A stretch of DNA of 64,000 nucleotides from positions 62,001-126,000 of the forward strand of contig CM035354.1 of NCBI GenBank assembly GCA_020137815.1, given 5' to 3'. The notes beneath the pieces are model-generated. The model was given only the letters and a program-made list of their open reading frames with translations, did no database searches and had not been told where the DNA came from. A program made the position numbers and the translations under genes. Source of the DNA: Hormiphora californensis (Eukaryota > Animalia > Ctenophora). Shown here one piece after another: positions 46,301 through 59,400 of the stretch. Numbering within the stretch: the first letter of the stretch is position 1; each line of letters begins with the position of its first letter.

Positions 46301-48239
46301 TTTATAGAGCCCACCCATTGTCCATTGTCTTGCTTGTTCTGATTAATGATCTCTCAGATTATCATCAGATGGGGGGGGGGGGTGAGAGTCTGCCTTACTG
46401 GAAAATCTATTGTAAATCTAGGCAATTTAGTTGGGCAATGATCCGTAGAGAAGGACCGGATTGTGGCTCTCACTTCCCTAGTTTTGAATTTGTGCCACTG
46501 AGGTAGCTTCTTATCTATGGTTGTTCCTTGTTGAGTAAGGGGTCCCACTCTCAACAAAGTTATTCCCTTAACAAGTTGTTCGGGCGGTAGCCCCTTGATT
46601 TCAGCATCTTTTGAATATAAGGCCTTCCGCAGTACAGACCTACCCCACAGTTTTCTTGCTGAATTTATTCTGAGAGATTTGTAGAGAGTTTTGTGAATTT
46701 AAAGATACGATCTGCTGAACTAAAATATAGAGTCTATGAGAAGGAGAAAAAGAAAGGGACAGAAATATCTCGCTAGATCCCCCCTATTATTATACAGAGG
46801 TCTATAACAAAGGGTGACAATAGGCAACTCTTGTTCCATTGTACTGTCCCCCTGATGACGTGTGGCATCCTGTGAGAAATGAGCCACAAACAATGGGACC
46901 GAGCTGCTATCCTGTATAGCTGAAGTGCCTTGTTGTCGTAATTAAGTTCTCTTGATTAGTGTCTTAGTCTTAGTTGTCTTCCCTCCCCGCGGGTAATACC
47001 CGCCTTCTATTATAATCAAATTGTAATATTATAATGGGGGGTTCAATATTGTAATCTATTGTAGTCTAGGATGCTGATTCTTAAGGAGAAGGACGAATAA
47101 TTATCATTCTAGGATTATTCTAGATCGCCCAGTAATATTCACAACCTAGTTGTTTGTAGTAGTTGTACTTGTTGTCACATGAACTTTTTGCTGCGTGTTA
47201 TGCACCGTGCGCGTCTCCTTACTGTATTTTGCGTTACCGTATTTTGACTGCAAGCAGCACTGTAATATTCACAACCTAGTTGTTGGTGTTTGTTGTACTT
47301 GTTGTCTCTTGCAAAACTAAAGGCTTTGTAGCCAGGTGCAGTTATAATCTCCCTCTCAGTTCTAAAAAAGAGTGAGGTATTTGTATTTTTTATGTGTGTT
47401 TGCAGTAGTGAACACCGGGCAGACATGTACTGTGAAACTGAATCATACCTAGTGTATTTCAGTGCATTCTCCAAATCCATTGATAAAATAATTCAAGGCA
47501 TCTGACATGATACTGCACCTACCGGATTGCACCTGATCGTGTATTATGATGAGGTAATCAATGTAGTGACTGCACCTGCCTAGGCTACTCGACCGTGTAA
47601 TAGTGTGCCCTAATACTTAGTAGTGTGCCCTAATTATAATTTAGGGACCATGTAAAACTTAGAAGTGTGTACCCTAACTATAATTTAGGTATCACCGTGT
47701 GTAAAGTGACAGCAGGCTGTCTATCTTCATAAATAAAATCATCCCATGGCCTCGTTTGTTATATTCTAACCCTCCTTTACATTTGTAACACAGTCTAGCT
47801 AGGCAAGGCCTCGTATATAATAATGATTCATGGGGTCTTGAGTAGTGAGGCTTTGAGTAGTGAGTACTGATATTAGTACAGGTTGAGCTATAGGGGTGGT
47901 CCGACCTATAGGCAGTAGGCATGGCGACTCATTACTAAATCTATAGTGTATATTACTCCTATAATATTCTACTCAGACTGTCCTTTCCGTACTGGGCCGA
48001 GCAGCGTGCTAGATGTTACAGTCAGTGCCTGACAATTCTTGGTTTGTCAGTTTCCTGTATCTCCCATTTTTAGTTGCTCCTCAACAGGATGTGCTTAACC
48101 CTGAGAGGTGCCTATTTGTTTTGAGTACTACAACAAACAGCCAATAAATTCCTGCTCCAGAATAATGAATATACCCTCCACAGCTTTGTTGACTAGCCCC
48201 CCCTTCACCCCTTACTCAACACCTCTCCACAGCAATACA

Positions 48240-49638
48240 ATGAATCTGTCGGGATGGAGTGAGGATGTATGTGAGGTCCAGTTCACTGACTCCACAGACC
48301 ACTTTGACCCCTCACCTCTTGTAAGGGTTGTCCTCACATTCTACACCTCCCTTCTATCCATACTGGGCGTACTGGGCAATGGACTTGTATTCTACGCTTC
48401 ATTCAATGCTAACCACTTTGATATCGACAAGGTTTGGGAAATTTTAGCTTATTTTGGTGACATCCAATTAACACCCAATTATACTTCTCTCAACAACTGT
48501 GTTTTAACCTGTCTCTCCCTAGTAACCTCCTAGTAACCAGGTAACTCTCTCTCCCTAGTAACCAGTAACTCTCTCTCCCTAGTAACCTCCTAGTAACCAG
48601 TAACTCTCCCTAGTAACCAGTAACTCTCTCTCTCCCTAGTAACCTCCTAGTAACCAGGTAACTCTCTCTCCCCAGGTGACCCTGGTAATGATAAGACAAT
48701 TAGCGGCTGCGGATTTCCTCTATACCACCACCACTACATTCACAATGGCTATATCCCACTTCTCCCAGGGGTGGGTGCTAGGACCCCACCTCTGTTTTGT
48801 ATTATCCCACCTCAGGTGGGTGGCTGGTACTGCTGGCCACCTTCTAATTCTCCTCATCTCATTCCACCGAACCTGGACTATATTCTTTGCTATCACTAGG
48901 CGGATCATGTTACGACACATTTGGGTAGCGTCCCTACTAACCTGGGTGGTATCCCCTGTACCCACTATCTGTGCCATCTACTCAGATGCAGGATCATGTT
49001 TTGATTGGACCACTATGACGTGTGAGTCTACATTCTATGATATGGTGGAACTAGCCCCTCTCCTCAGGTTCCTGTCCATCACCTTCCTATTCATTCCTGT
49101 GATCCTAGGTTGTGTTGTTGAACTGTATCATGTTGGTTATATCCCAGAAGAATCTAGCAGGACATGAGGTCAACCTGAGGGCCCTCAAGACAGTATTCTG
49201 CATTTGTGGTTTGTTCATCCTCTCCATCCTCCCCTACAACATCGCAATCTTCATGAGATCCCAATCAGTTAGTCAGGGTAATGGTGGTAAAATATCCATG
49301 GGATACTCATCTCTTCTACCACTATGCGTATATTCTGAACTCGGCAGGGAACCCCATTCTGTACACTAACACTAATAGAAAGTTTAGAGGGCTGGTTACT
49401 GAAGTGTCTAGGGGTGAGATGGGTGTGTTGGAGGGGGTCACGTGATAACCAAATAAGGGCAGTGAGCAACTCTAATAGCAACAATAAAAGGTTTATAGCT
49501 ACTTCAGATGTGATTATGACATCTACTGCTGCTGAACCTGATCCTGCACCCTCCCCAATTGATATAATAGCTGGGCATCTTTCCCCTTTTCTACCAAGAA
49601 CAAATGGATCGAGGAGATGTGATCAAACCTCCAATTAA
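48240..49638 (+). CDS. Rhodopsin-like (class A) 7TM GPCR; frameshifted here (pseudogene or assembly error)
   Basis: Exon 48240-48431 has TM1 LGVLGN. The exon from 48676 has TM2 LAAADFL, WVLGPHLC, TM3 ISFHRTW, TM4 W, TM6 LPY, and in another frame TM7 ILNSAGNPILY..NRKFR. Frame changes near 49108, ~49300 and probably ~49390. Confidence 0.85.
48513..48680 (+). repeat. Intronic array of acceptor-like units (CTCTCTCCCTAG-TAACC) before the GPCR exon 2 acceptor
   Basis: About 5 copies of CTCTCCCTAGTAACC precede the true CTCTCTCTCCCCAG|GTGACC at 48675/48676. Confidence 0.85.
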
Positions 49639-50486
49639 TAACCTTGATTGTGTACTATTAAACTGCTGTGTAGATGAATGCATGGTTAATTTGAAGTTGT
49701 TTCATGGCTGCTAAAATCCCGTGATTGATTGATTAAATGAACAACAAATAAGCCCTATTACACCTCGCAAGATTTATTAGTCCTATAGCCTATCCTCCCT
49801 CTCTAACTTCCCAATTTTCAGTGAAAAGGCTACCGAACATCACCAACCGACAAAACAATACAAGGATTCCTTGAAGGAGGGGGAGTATAATGCAAATGGG
49901 GTTATAAAGGGGGTATAACTAGACCCCAACTAGACAGTCACCTGAAATATCAGTGTGCGGTAACAGCTGACCAGATTCCAGAATCGTGCTCAACTCTCTT
50001 TCTCTTCCGTGTAGAACAAAGTGAGGAACCCAGGAATATCAACATCAGGAACAGTTCATAATATCGACCAGCTATATCCAGTGGATCTACCCGTCATCTG
50101 GAGGTCAGGGCATCACGATGAGCTATCAAAATGTGTTCATATTCCTTCCTTTTACACATGTGTTGGACCATATTTTGCTTGAAAGGATTGAGAAGTGTGT
50201 TAGGGGAATTGTAATGTATTTGTAAATATCGAATAGTCACAGTAATAGAACATTGAATTAATATTTATCAGATTTGTAGTTACAAATGGTGTACATATAA
50301 TACTGATTACATTGCTGTGTAAAATCATTACAAAATAATTACATGTTATGAAAAACTCACAAGAGAGGAAACACGCTAACAAACACAGTCCCCAATATAA
50401 TGTCTTCCTGTCCCGTAATGAAGTAGCCCCGAACCCAATCCCCGTTATCTCAAGCTCCAGATTATGTCAGTTTATCATTTCAGATC

Positions 50487-53400
50487 TCACATTTCCTCTA
50501 CGTAGTTATAAGGGAAGAGGCCCTTCTTGCCTCTCAGTTCCCCTGTCCACCAACCCGAATCCTCCTTCTTCAGCAAGTTAATAACATCACCAGTCACCAG
50601 CGTCAGCTCCTCAGCGTCACCTGCCTGGTAGTCATATATCGCCCTGACTTGGGGGTATTTCTTGGAGGGGGGAGGGGGTGGTGGGGGTGCTGACCTCTTC
50701 ATGCTCATATTGGGAGAGGGGACCCTCATGAAACTCTGATTAGTACCCTCCCCTGTGGTCAAGTTCCTGGCACTCTTCTTTGCACCCATGGAGTGCATGC
50801 TAGGTCGTGTCATGTGACTGTTAGATCGGCCCATGCTCTGACGGGTTGAGGCAGCAGTAGGGTTCTGATAGGCCCGGGATTGGGCTGTTCGGGCAGGTTT
50901 CTTGGCAGCAAATGTACCTTGTCTCCTGGAGACATCGCCAGGTCTCGTGTCTCGTGGGAGACCGTTACCAATGGCAACCGTCAGAGTCTTACCCTTTGGA
51001 GTGAGGATGGGGAAGTCGGAGGACCCTGACACAAAGTTGATGATCCGTTCATCTCCCATTAGAGATCCAATCCAGGCCTTCATCTTGTTGTCATCCTTCT
51101 TGGCTGTATAGGTTATTGTATCAGAGAAGTTGATGTTGAGGTTGCGGTTAGTCTGGGCCAGGAACCGGTCAGTTATAACGGTGAGGAACTCTGTTTTAAA
51201 CACTGTTTCAATGATGCTAGGGAACGCCTCCTTGACTCTAATCACCATAAAGTCATCTTGTCTAGTTGACAGATCAATCGACTCAATGGATCCCATAGTT
51301 ATCTTTCTCATCACTTTCTCGACTACCTGCCCTGCCTGGGGACCCTTCCTGATCCTCTCTCGTCCTATCAGATACAGGTTCTGGGCAGACAGCAGCATAT
51401 CCCTCTTCTGCACCTTGTATTTCCTGTCGTACTTGTTAACACAACACGCAAACTCGATGTGCTCTCTCTTTCCCACCAGGGCTCTGAGTCCAGCGTTCTG
51501 TCCGAACCCAATGTAGTCCCCTACAAAGCACCTCCTGATACTGCCGTGCCTTCTCATCTTCTTATTGAACAGGATATCAGTTGCTTTCTCTCTTATCTCT
51601 GCCATCTCTCTCCTCCTAACATACCTCCTCCAGGCAGTCTGAATGGTCCTGGCATACCCATCAAACTTCCTCTCCCTAGTCTCCTCCAACAAGAACAGGC
51701 TCTCTGGAGCCTTGATGAAGATCTTTGTGGTGCCCATCTGCCATTGGGAGGGTTCCATGGCAACTGAGTCCATAATGATCTTAATCCCCCTCGCTGGATC
51801 TCCTGACCACCTTGGCCAGGTCTCCTTTGTACAGATCGCATACCTCTGTAGGAACTTGGTGAAGGGCCGACGGTAGGCAAATCCAGCTCTCCGGACCCTG
51901 ATGTTCTCTTTCAGACCGAGGTACTCAACTTGATGTTTCCCTCTCAACTCCTCCCAGTCTCGGGGCAGTTTTGTCTCATTCGGCTTGATGCACCTATGTA
52001 AGAGGGGAGAACTGTCAGAACATTGGCATGTCGGGGGAAGATGGTGATCGAAATAGAATTCTGTTTTAGAAATATCTTCTCTCACAACACCCCAGTATTA
52101 CCAAACCCTCACAGAGCGTTGTGAGCCAGACAATACTGTAACCATATTACCTGATGTAGTGTGGAGTGCACAACATGAGCCTGTTATTACCTGATGTAGT
52201 GTGGAGTGCACAGCATGAGTCGGTTCACAAGGTCATTAGCTTGTGTTCTAATCTTGAACCCAGCGGTACTGGGTTTACCTCTCTTCTCCTTGAGGGCCGC
52301 CTAGATAACAGAATAACATGTCATTAGTAGAGGAGGACGGGGGTCATTAGAACATGACGTTAGATATAACACAACCCACGCACACTTTAAACCCCATACT
52401 GCCCAGTAAACAACTCCTAGTCTAGGTAGCTACCCTATGATAGGCCATACTGCCCAATTAACTACTGCCTCCCCCCCCCCCCATTCTGCCCCCAACTTCA
52501 TCTACTGTAGATTCTACTCACCAGGTTTTCAGGAAAGAGTGACCGGATGAAAGTGTTGGAAGTAGTCTGCATCATCTCTAGCACATCATTGGAGAGAATG
52601 TCCTTGTTCCTCTCACAGAATCCATCAACTGTATATTCTACCTGTAATGATTGGATAATATATACTGAGATACTGAGATATACTGAGATTCTACCTATCG
52701 GATAATGTGGATATAATTCAAATAGATCAGGTTTCATCCTGCACTGTTTCGACCTCACATCCCATCTGACATTTCTTTCCTTACTCAACAACCCATCTCT
52801 TTCCTTACTCAACAACCCATCTCTTTCCTTACTCAACAACCTCTCTCACCCTTCCTTACTCAACAACCTCTCTCACCCTTCCTTACTCAACAACCTCTCT
52901 CACCCTTCCTTACTCAACAACCTCTCTCACCCTTCTTACTCGGCATGCTCTAACTCTTTTTCTCACACGCCTTAGCACATTTTGATTTTGTACAAGTGTG
53001 CCGCACCCAATTAGTGCAAACAGCTAACTACAAACTACTAAGTGATATTTCTGTGTATTTCTAGTGTGAGGCATGTTTTTTAACTGTGCAATGAGGCTAA
53101 CTTTTGAGCAATATTAGAGACACATGCATCTTAAATTATCTAGGATGCACGATTAAATGTTGTAAAATTACTTCCTCTCTGCCTAATGTTTGTTGTTGGT
53201 AAACTTACCTTTCCTGCATAATGCACGATGATGAATCCTTTACTGTAGTTTTGGTAGTGTTGGTTGCTGCTAACGGCACCGTATAGTTTCTGGGGGGAGG
53301 GGGGGGGGAATTGTTATACAGTCGGACCCCGATCTAGGGGCCCCAGATTTAGAGGCACCCCGATTTAGGGACAGGATGTTTTTCCCCCGATATAGGAAAT

Positions 53401-56400
53401 TAACCTTATTTGACCCCGATTTAGTGGACACCCCGATTTAGTGGACAAGAGCCTTTCCCCCGAGGGTGTCCCTAAATCGGGGTCCGACTGTAGTTTCTAG
53501 GGGAATCATCATATGAGCTATATCATTATCACAATCAGTGGGCCGCGGTAAAAACACTGTCTTTATGTCACGGTGACATGTGTCTTGACTGCCACCCCTA
53601 GTATTATACTAGCTTGGGCTGTGGGAAATCGAAATATATCATGCCATTTTTCACTGCCATTTTTCACTGTATTCTAGTACATACTTCCTCTTCCTCTTTT
53701 TAGTTACTACCAACTACTGTACATAGTTTGCTAGTAACTACTACTAGTATACTACTAGTTACTTCCCCAGCTCTTTATACCTCTACAAATTTCCCATCCG
53801 CTCCTTCGCTCACTGCATGCATTGTGGCACACACGTCATCCAAAATACACATCACCCCAGGCGGTTTCTGCGGAGAGATATAATTATAAAGGGACTAAAA
53901 GGTAATTATAAAGGGACTAAAATATAATTATAAAGGGCCTAAAATAATATAATGGGGGCACCACCACAGCTAATTATACATGCGTCCTCTAGTAGCCCCC
54001 GGTAATTTGAATATTTTTAGCATGCCCTGACATGTCCCAATTACACGGAGGTGAAGGAGTTGTAACAAAGGAACTTCCCACGTATTATAGCAGCCTGTCT
54101 GCAACTAATGTCAGAATTGTTAGGAGAAGATACCATAAAATAAGCAGCATGGGGCTGAGCTTAATTCGCAAATAATTCAGTGTTTTGCTGCCTGCAGTTT
54201 TGCTTTGCGCTCTCTGCTTCCACAGTTGTGTAGCAGTTTGAGAGAGGGAGTCAGGGAGAGAGAGAGAAACTTATGGAAAAGAAATATGGGGGAAGCTGAT
54301 CTGATGATAACAATTTTATCTGAATCACCTCCTTTCATTGAATCAGCGTGATTTCCTTTCTTACAGCTTATATACTCTGCTTTGGGTAAGCAGTAAATAC
54401 TCGCACACTTCTTCGCATTAGTGCGAGTATTTACCGCTTACCTTGCCTTGTTCGACCCTCGGCAATATATCGTCCCTTTCCCCGCTATTAATCTACCTCG
54501 AAGACTTTGTTTACTTAGCTGTTAGCAACTAGGACTAGGATGAGCAAGGAGCTAGTAAATGTACTATAAATCCTTCCATTTGCTTCACTCTCTGTCTCTC
54601 CAGGATGATTTCATTACCATGGTTAATGATGTTGTTTGGCATTGTTGGAGGGGAGCTGGTGGATTTGAGTCACGTTGTGAGTGAAGACAGTCTTAATTGG
54701 CCAATTACTGGGTATCAACGTCTCAATATATCAACCCTTGCAACACGTTAGTAGTGACTGAAGCCATAGAGCTCAATTTATGGTCACTTTACTGATCATA
54801 CCTTCACTAATCGTGTACCAGTATAATTGAGGTAAATTAATACCCTTTCCCTATGATTTCCTGTGATTCCCTACGATTCCCTCTACCTATGATTCCTCTC
54901 CCTAGTCGATGAAGGCGGGTATTTTTACATTTCCAAAGACATCACAATGACTGAACACCTTGGTACACACATGGACGCTCCATATCATTTTGGAAAGTTC
55001 AACTGGGACCTCAGTAAAATACCTCTAGATAAACTTGTAGCTCCGGTAAGTAGTGGGGGCACCTACTGTGTATCCAGCATCCCCTAATCCCCCACACCAA
55101 TCGATTGTGAACCCGGTGCTGGGTTGACAAATACTATCCGCTATATAGATTATTTTGTCCCTGATATATATTCACATTGCACCTCTGAACAGGTGGTGAA
55201 GCTGAATGTGAGGTCAAAGTGTGAGGACAATAGAGATTACACAGTCAGTGTTGAGGACCTTCGTGATTGGGAGAGTCAGCACGGTACAGTTCCCAGTGGA
55301 GCTGTTATCTTGGCAGAGACAGGATGGAGTGAGAAGTACACAGACATGGCTGATTACTATGGTAAGAGGCTAGGAGTTGTTTAGTTGGTCTATGAGTTGA
55401 GTTGTTGAGGTTGTTGTTGTTGTTGTCCAATTCATTCCAATACTCTCCAATAGGTCCTTCTAGTATTTCAGTGCCCGTCAATTCCTCACTCCCCTTTTCA
55501 ACGATAATGGCATTTTAGTAGAATAAAATATTCGGATTTATAACAATTTCCCTCCTCAGGCTCCTCCCTGGACGTTAAAGATCCTGAATTGAACTATACA
55601 CAGTGGGCTTCAGAGATCTCCTTCCCTGGTATATCAGCTGAACTAGCCGAGGAGTTGATCAACAACTACGATATCAGTGGTAGGGAAGAGAGGAGTAGTA
55701 GCTACACCGTTCTGTATTTTGTGTTGCTGTGTTTCCTAATCGTTGTGAAATTAATTAAATGACCTATAGGTGTTGGTGTTGATACGGCTTCGATTGACGC
55801 TGGTAAGGCAGGTGCATTTCCCGTTCATTTTACTCTACAAATGCAGAACAAGTATGGGCTGGAGAACTTGTGTTGTCTAGACAAGGTCCCCGCTGCAGGT
55901 ATTATTACATAACTCATTGTGTGTGTAGCGATCCAACTCAGTATAGACTGACAACTAAATTAACTATTCTCAATCAGGGGCAACACTGATGGCATTCCCG
56001 CCAAAAATCGAAGGAGGAAGTGGGTTGACAATTCGTCCCGTGGTTGATACAGATTCTCGATACGTCTATCTACTAAACTCTGATTCTAGAACAGCTGCGT
56101 TCTCAAGTTTTGTGATCACTCTACTTCTCTTGTTAGTGTGAATTGTGCCTAAAAAGACTTGCTAGTTTGAATTGAGTTGTAACCATAATAAGAGGACCAC
56201 TACTACTATAACTATTACAACTAGTACTCCGAGTGCCACGGTAGAAGTTATGGACTGTGTGGGATCAGAGACAGATTACCAGATATGTTTTTAATAAATA
56301 AACATGTTATGTTATTGATTTTGTTAGCTGTTAACTTTGTACCCATGTTATATATTCTTGATATAAAACTGCTTCATTAATCCGAGGGGTCAGAATTTGT

Positions 56401-59400
56401 GTCCTTACCTCACCCTCACCCTCGCCATACTACACTATGAATTGTCAAGTATCTGATGGCGTAGCCTGCTATTCCAATTCGTTTTAGGTGATCTATCCGT
56501 CTCCAGACAAGTGCTGCAGCGCTTTTCCGTTCTCAAAAGACAGAAGATAAGAGGTGACTGGTGAGACTGAGAGGTGACTGGTGAGACTGAGAGAGGTTGC
56601 AGGATGAAACTCCAGCTGGTACCACAGGGAGTGTTGCGCGCCGCGCACACCGAGTGTTGTAGTGAGCAGGTGCGGGTTCTTTCAATACAAGAAACATCCC
56701 GCGCCCTCCGTCTATCTGACAACACTTTCTGGTTCCTAGACCACCACTTAGTAAATAGGTAGAGGGGCGAAACAGACAAACAGACCCAACAAACGGATGT
56801 AGAATCAAGCCATCCAACTAACCTTCGACTCGATAAGGTCGCATACACATTTGTTGTTGAAATAATCAATAGGTTTCCAAGCGATCCCCTCTTCTACGTA
56901 TTCGTCCTGAAATTAGAAAATTATAAACCAACAAAGTGAGTGCACATATGTCACATAATGTATGCATGATAAGATAATGGGCGACATAAAATGAAGGAAA
57001 GAAATCATAGAAAGAGTTGTTGATATAACATATGAAAATAGAAGTCTGACACACGAAGTAAGTTGATACAGGCGTCATGACTCATGCCCCCTCTCTGATT
57101 AATCTCTCATCACTACCAACAGGTAAGACACCCCTCCCCTCGATATGTTACTCACCCCTACCCCCTGATCTACCACCAAAGAGAGCGTGTGAGCCACAAA
57201 ACCCATCCCTTTGTTATGTTCTAACCCTCCCAGGCGGGGCACGCAAAACAGGGTCTAGCTAGGCAACCACCCCTAACCCCGGGGAACAACAATATAATAA
57301 ATCACCTGTTCTGCTTTGAGAGTTAGCTCAATGAAAATCTGCTGCAGTTTCTCATTAACAAAGTTAATACAGAACTGCTCAAATCCGTTCACTTCAAATA
57401 TCTCAAAACCGTAGATATCCAACACGCCAATACAGAAGTCACTTTTAGCTTTTGCAAAGGCTTTGTTTATCGACTGAAAAGTTATAGGTTATTCTCCAGA
57501 TTTCCCGAGAAATAAGCTGTGATTTGATCATCTCTCACCAAGACAACCGGTGTGAGCCACAAAACCCTACTTACGTCTACAAGGTAGTCAAAGAGTCGGG
57601 AGTAGAGGGCCTTAGCGAGTGCGTCTCGTGTTGAAGTAGCCTGCTCTGGGTTCAGTGTTACATCAGTCACCTCTACCTTCCCTCCCCATCTGCTCTCCAT
57701 TACTCGATTAGTGAGAGCACGACATAGTGCACCCTCGTCCACTCCAAGCAGGTAGGCAGGGTAGGCCAGAACTGGGTGGGAAGACACATGTTAAGGGGGG
57801 AGGGGGAGGGGTGGAGGGGGGGTGGAGGGAGAGTTAGTGAGAGCACGACATAGTGCACCCTCGTCCACACCAAGCAGGTAGGCAGGGTAGGCCAGAACTG
57901 GGTGGGAAGACACATGTTAAGGGGGGAGGGGGAGGGGTGGGGAGGGTGGAGGGGAGGGGGAGTTAGTGAGAGCACGACATAGTGCACCCTCGTCCACTCC
58001 AAGCAGGTAGGCTGGGTAGGCCAGAACTGGGTGGGAAGACACATGTTAAGGTGGGAGGGGGGGGAGGGAGGAGGGGTGGAGGGGAGGGGAGGGGGTGGAG
58101 GGGGAGTTAGTGAGAGCACGACATAGTGCACCCTCGTCCACACCAAGCAGGTAGGCTGGGTAGGCCAGAACTGCAGTGGGAAGGAACATGTTAAAGGGGA
58201 GGTGGAGGTGGAGGGGAGGGGTAGAGGGGAGGGGAGGGGGTGGAGGGGGAGTTAGTGAGAGCACGACATAGTGCACCCTCGTCCACACCAAGCAGGTAGG
58301 CAGGGTAGGCCAGAACTGGGTGGGAAGACACATGTTAAGGGGGGAGGGGGAGGGGTGGAGGGGAGGGGGGGGGGAGGTGGAGGGGGAGTTAGTGAGAGCA
58401 CGACATAGTGCACCCTCGTCCACACCTAGCAGGTAGGCTGGGTAGGCCAGAACTGGGTGGGAAGACACATGTTAAGGGGGGGGGGGGGGAGGGGGTGGTA
58501 GAGGGGTGGTGGAGGGGGAGTTAGTGAGAGCACGACATAGTGCACCCTCGTCCACTCCAAGCAGGTAGGCTGGGTAGGCCAGAACTGGGTGGGAAGACAC
58601 ATGTTAAGGGGGGAGGGGGAGGGGGAGGGGAGGGGGGGGGGGAGGTGGAGGGGGAGTTAGTGAGAGCACGACATAGTGCACCCTCGTCCACTCCAAGCAG
58701 GGTGTGCGGACTCTAGTGCTACACTCTAAGTCTACAGTGGACTCTATATCTAAATTTAGATTTAGATAAAGAGTCCAAATAAGTCTAAACTCTAGGAGGA
58801 CTCTTTATCTAAAAAGTCTACACAGGGCGGACTCTTTATCTAAAAAGTCTAAACAAAGTGGACTCTATATGATGCATAAACTCTGGCCGGGGAGCTAGGT
58901 AGAAGCTAGCTGGGAGAAGGTAGCTGTAGTTTATCCGCCAGTGGCGGATAAACTGGTTTAAATCACGACGACGATCCTGAGGCGTAGCCGAGGGAGAGGC
59001 GGAGGGGTTTAAACCAATAACGTGCCATTGGTCAGAGTTTATGGGTTATATACCCTGCTTTAGTTGTTTGTTTCAAGTATTACACACTAACAAGAGAGAG
59101 AACACTAATCAAAACACACAAAGAGAACTGAGAAACAGTCAAAAACATCTCTCAATTGAGTGTATATTGTTTGGTAACAGTTACTAAGGAGAGAGAGAAA
59201 GAAATAACAAGATATGGGGCATGCCAGACATAACACAGAGGAATTGAGATAGTGAAACAAAAGGGGAGATAAAGAGAGAGAAATTGACGGAATGTGTTGT
59301 TTCTTTCTCTCCAATGCAGTGTGTAACTCTTGCAAACAGTGTTCCCTCTGTATTTCAGTAAGAACTGATCATTTACACACACTTTGAATGTAACATAGGA

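Noticed and set aside
45000-48000. Short ORFs suggesting another gene
   Set aside because: No recognisable domain or consistent exon chain.
57830-58700. Mutually exclusive exon cluster (Dscam-like)
   Set aside because: The copies contain only the first third of the exon and have no donor site after them.
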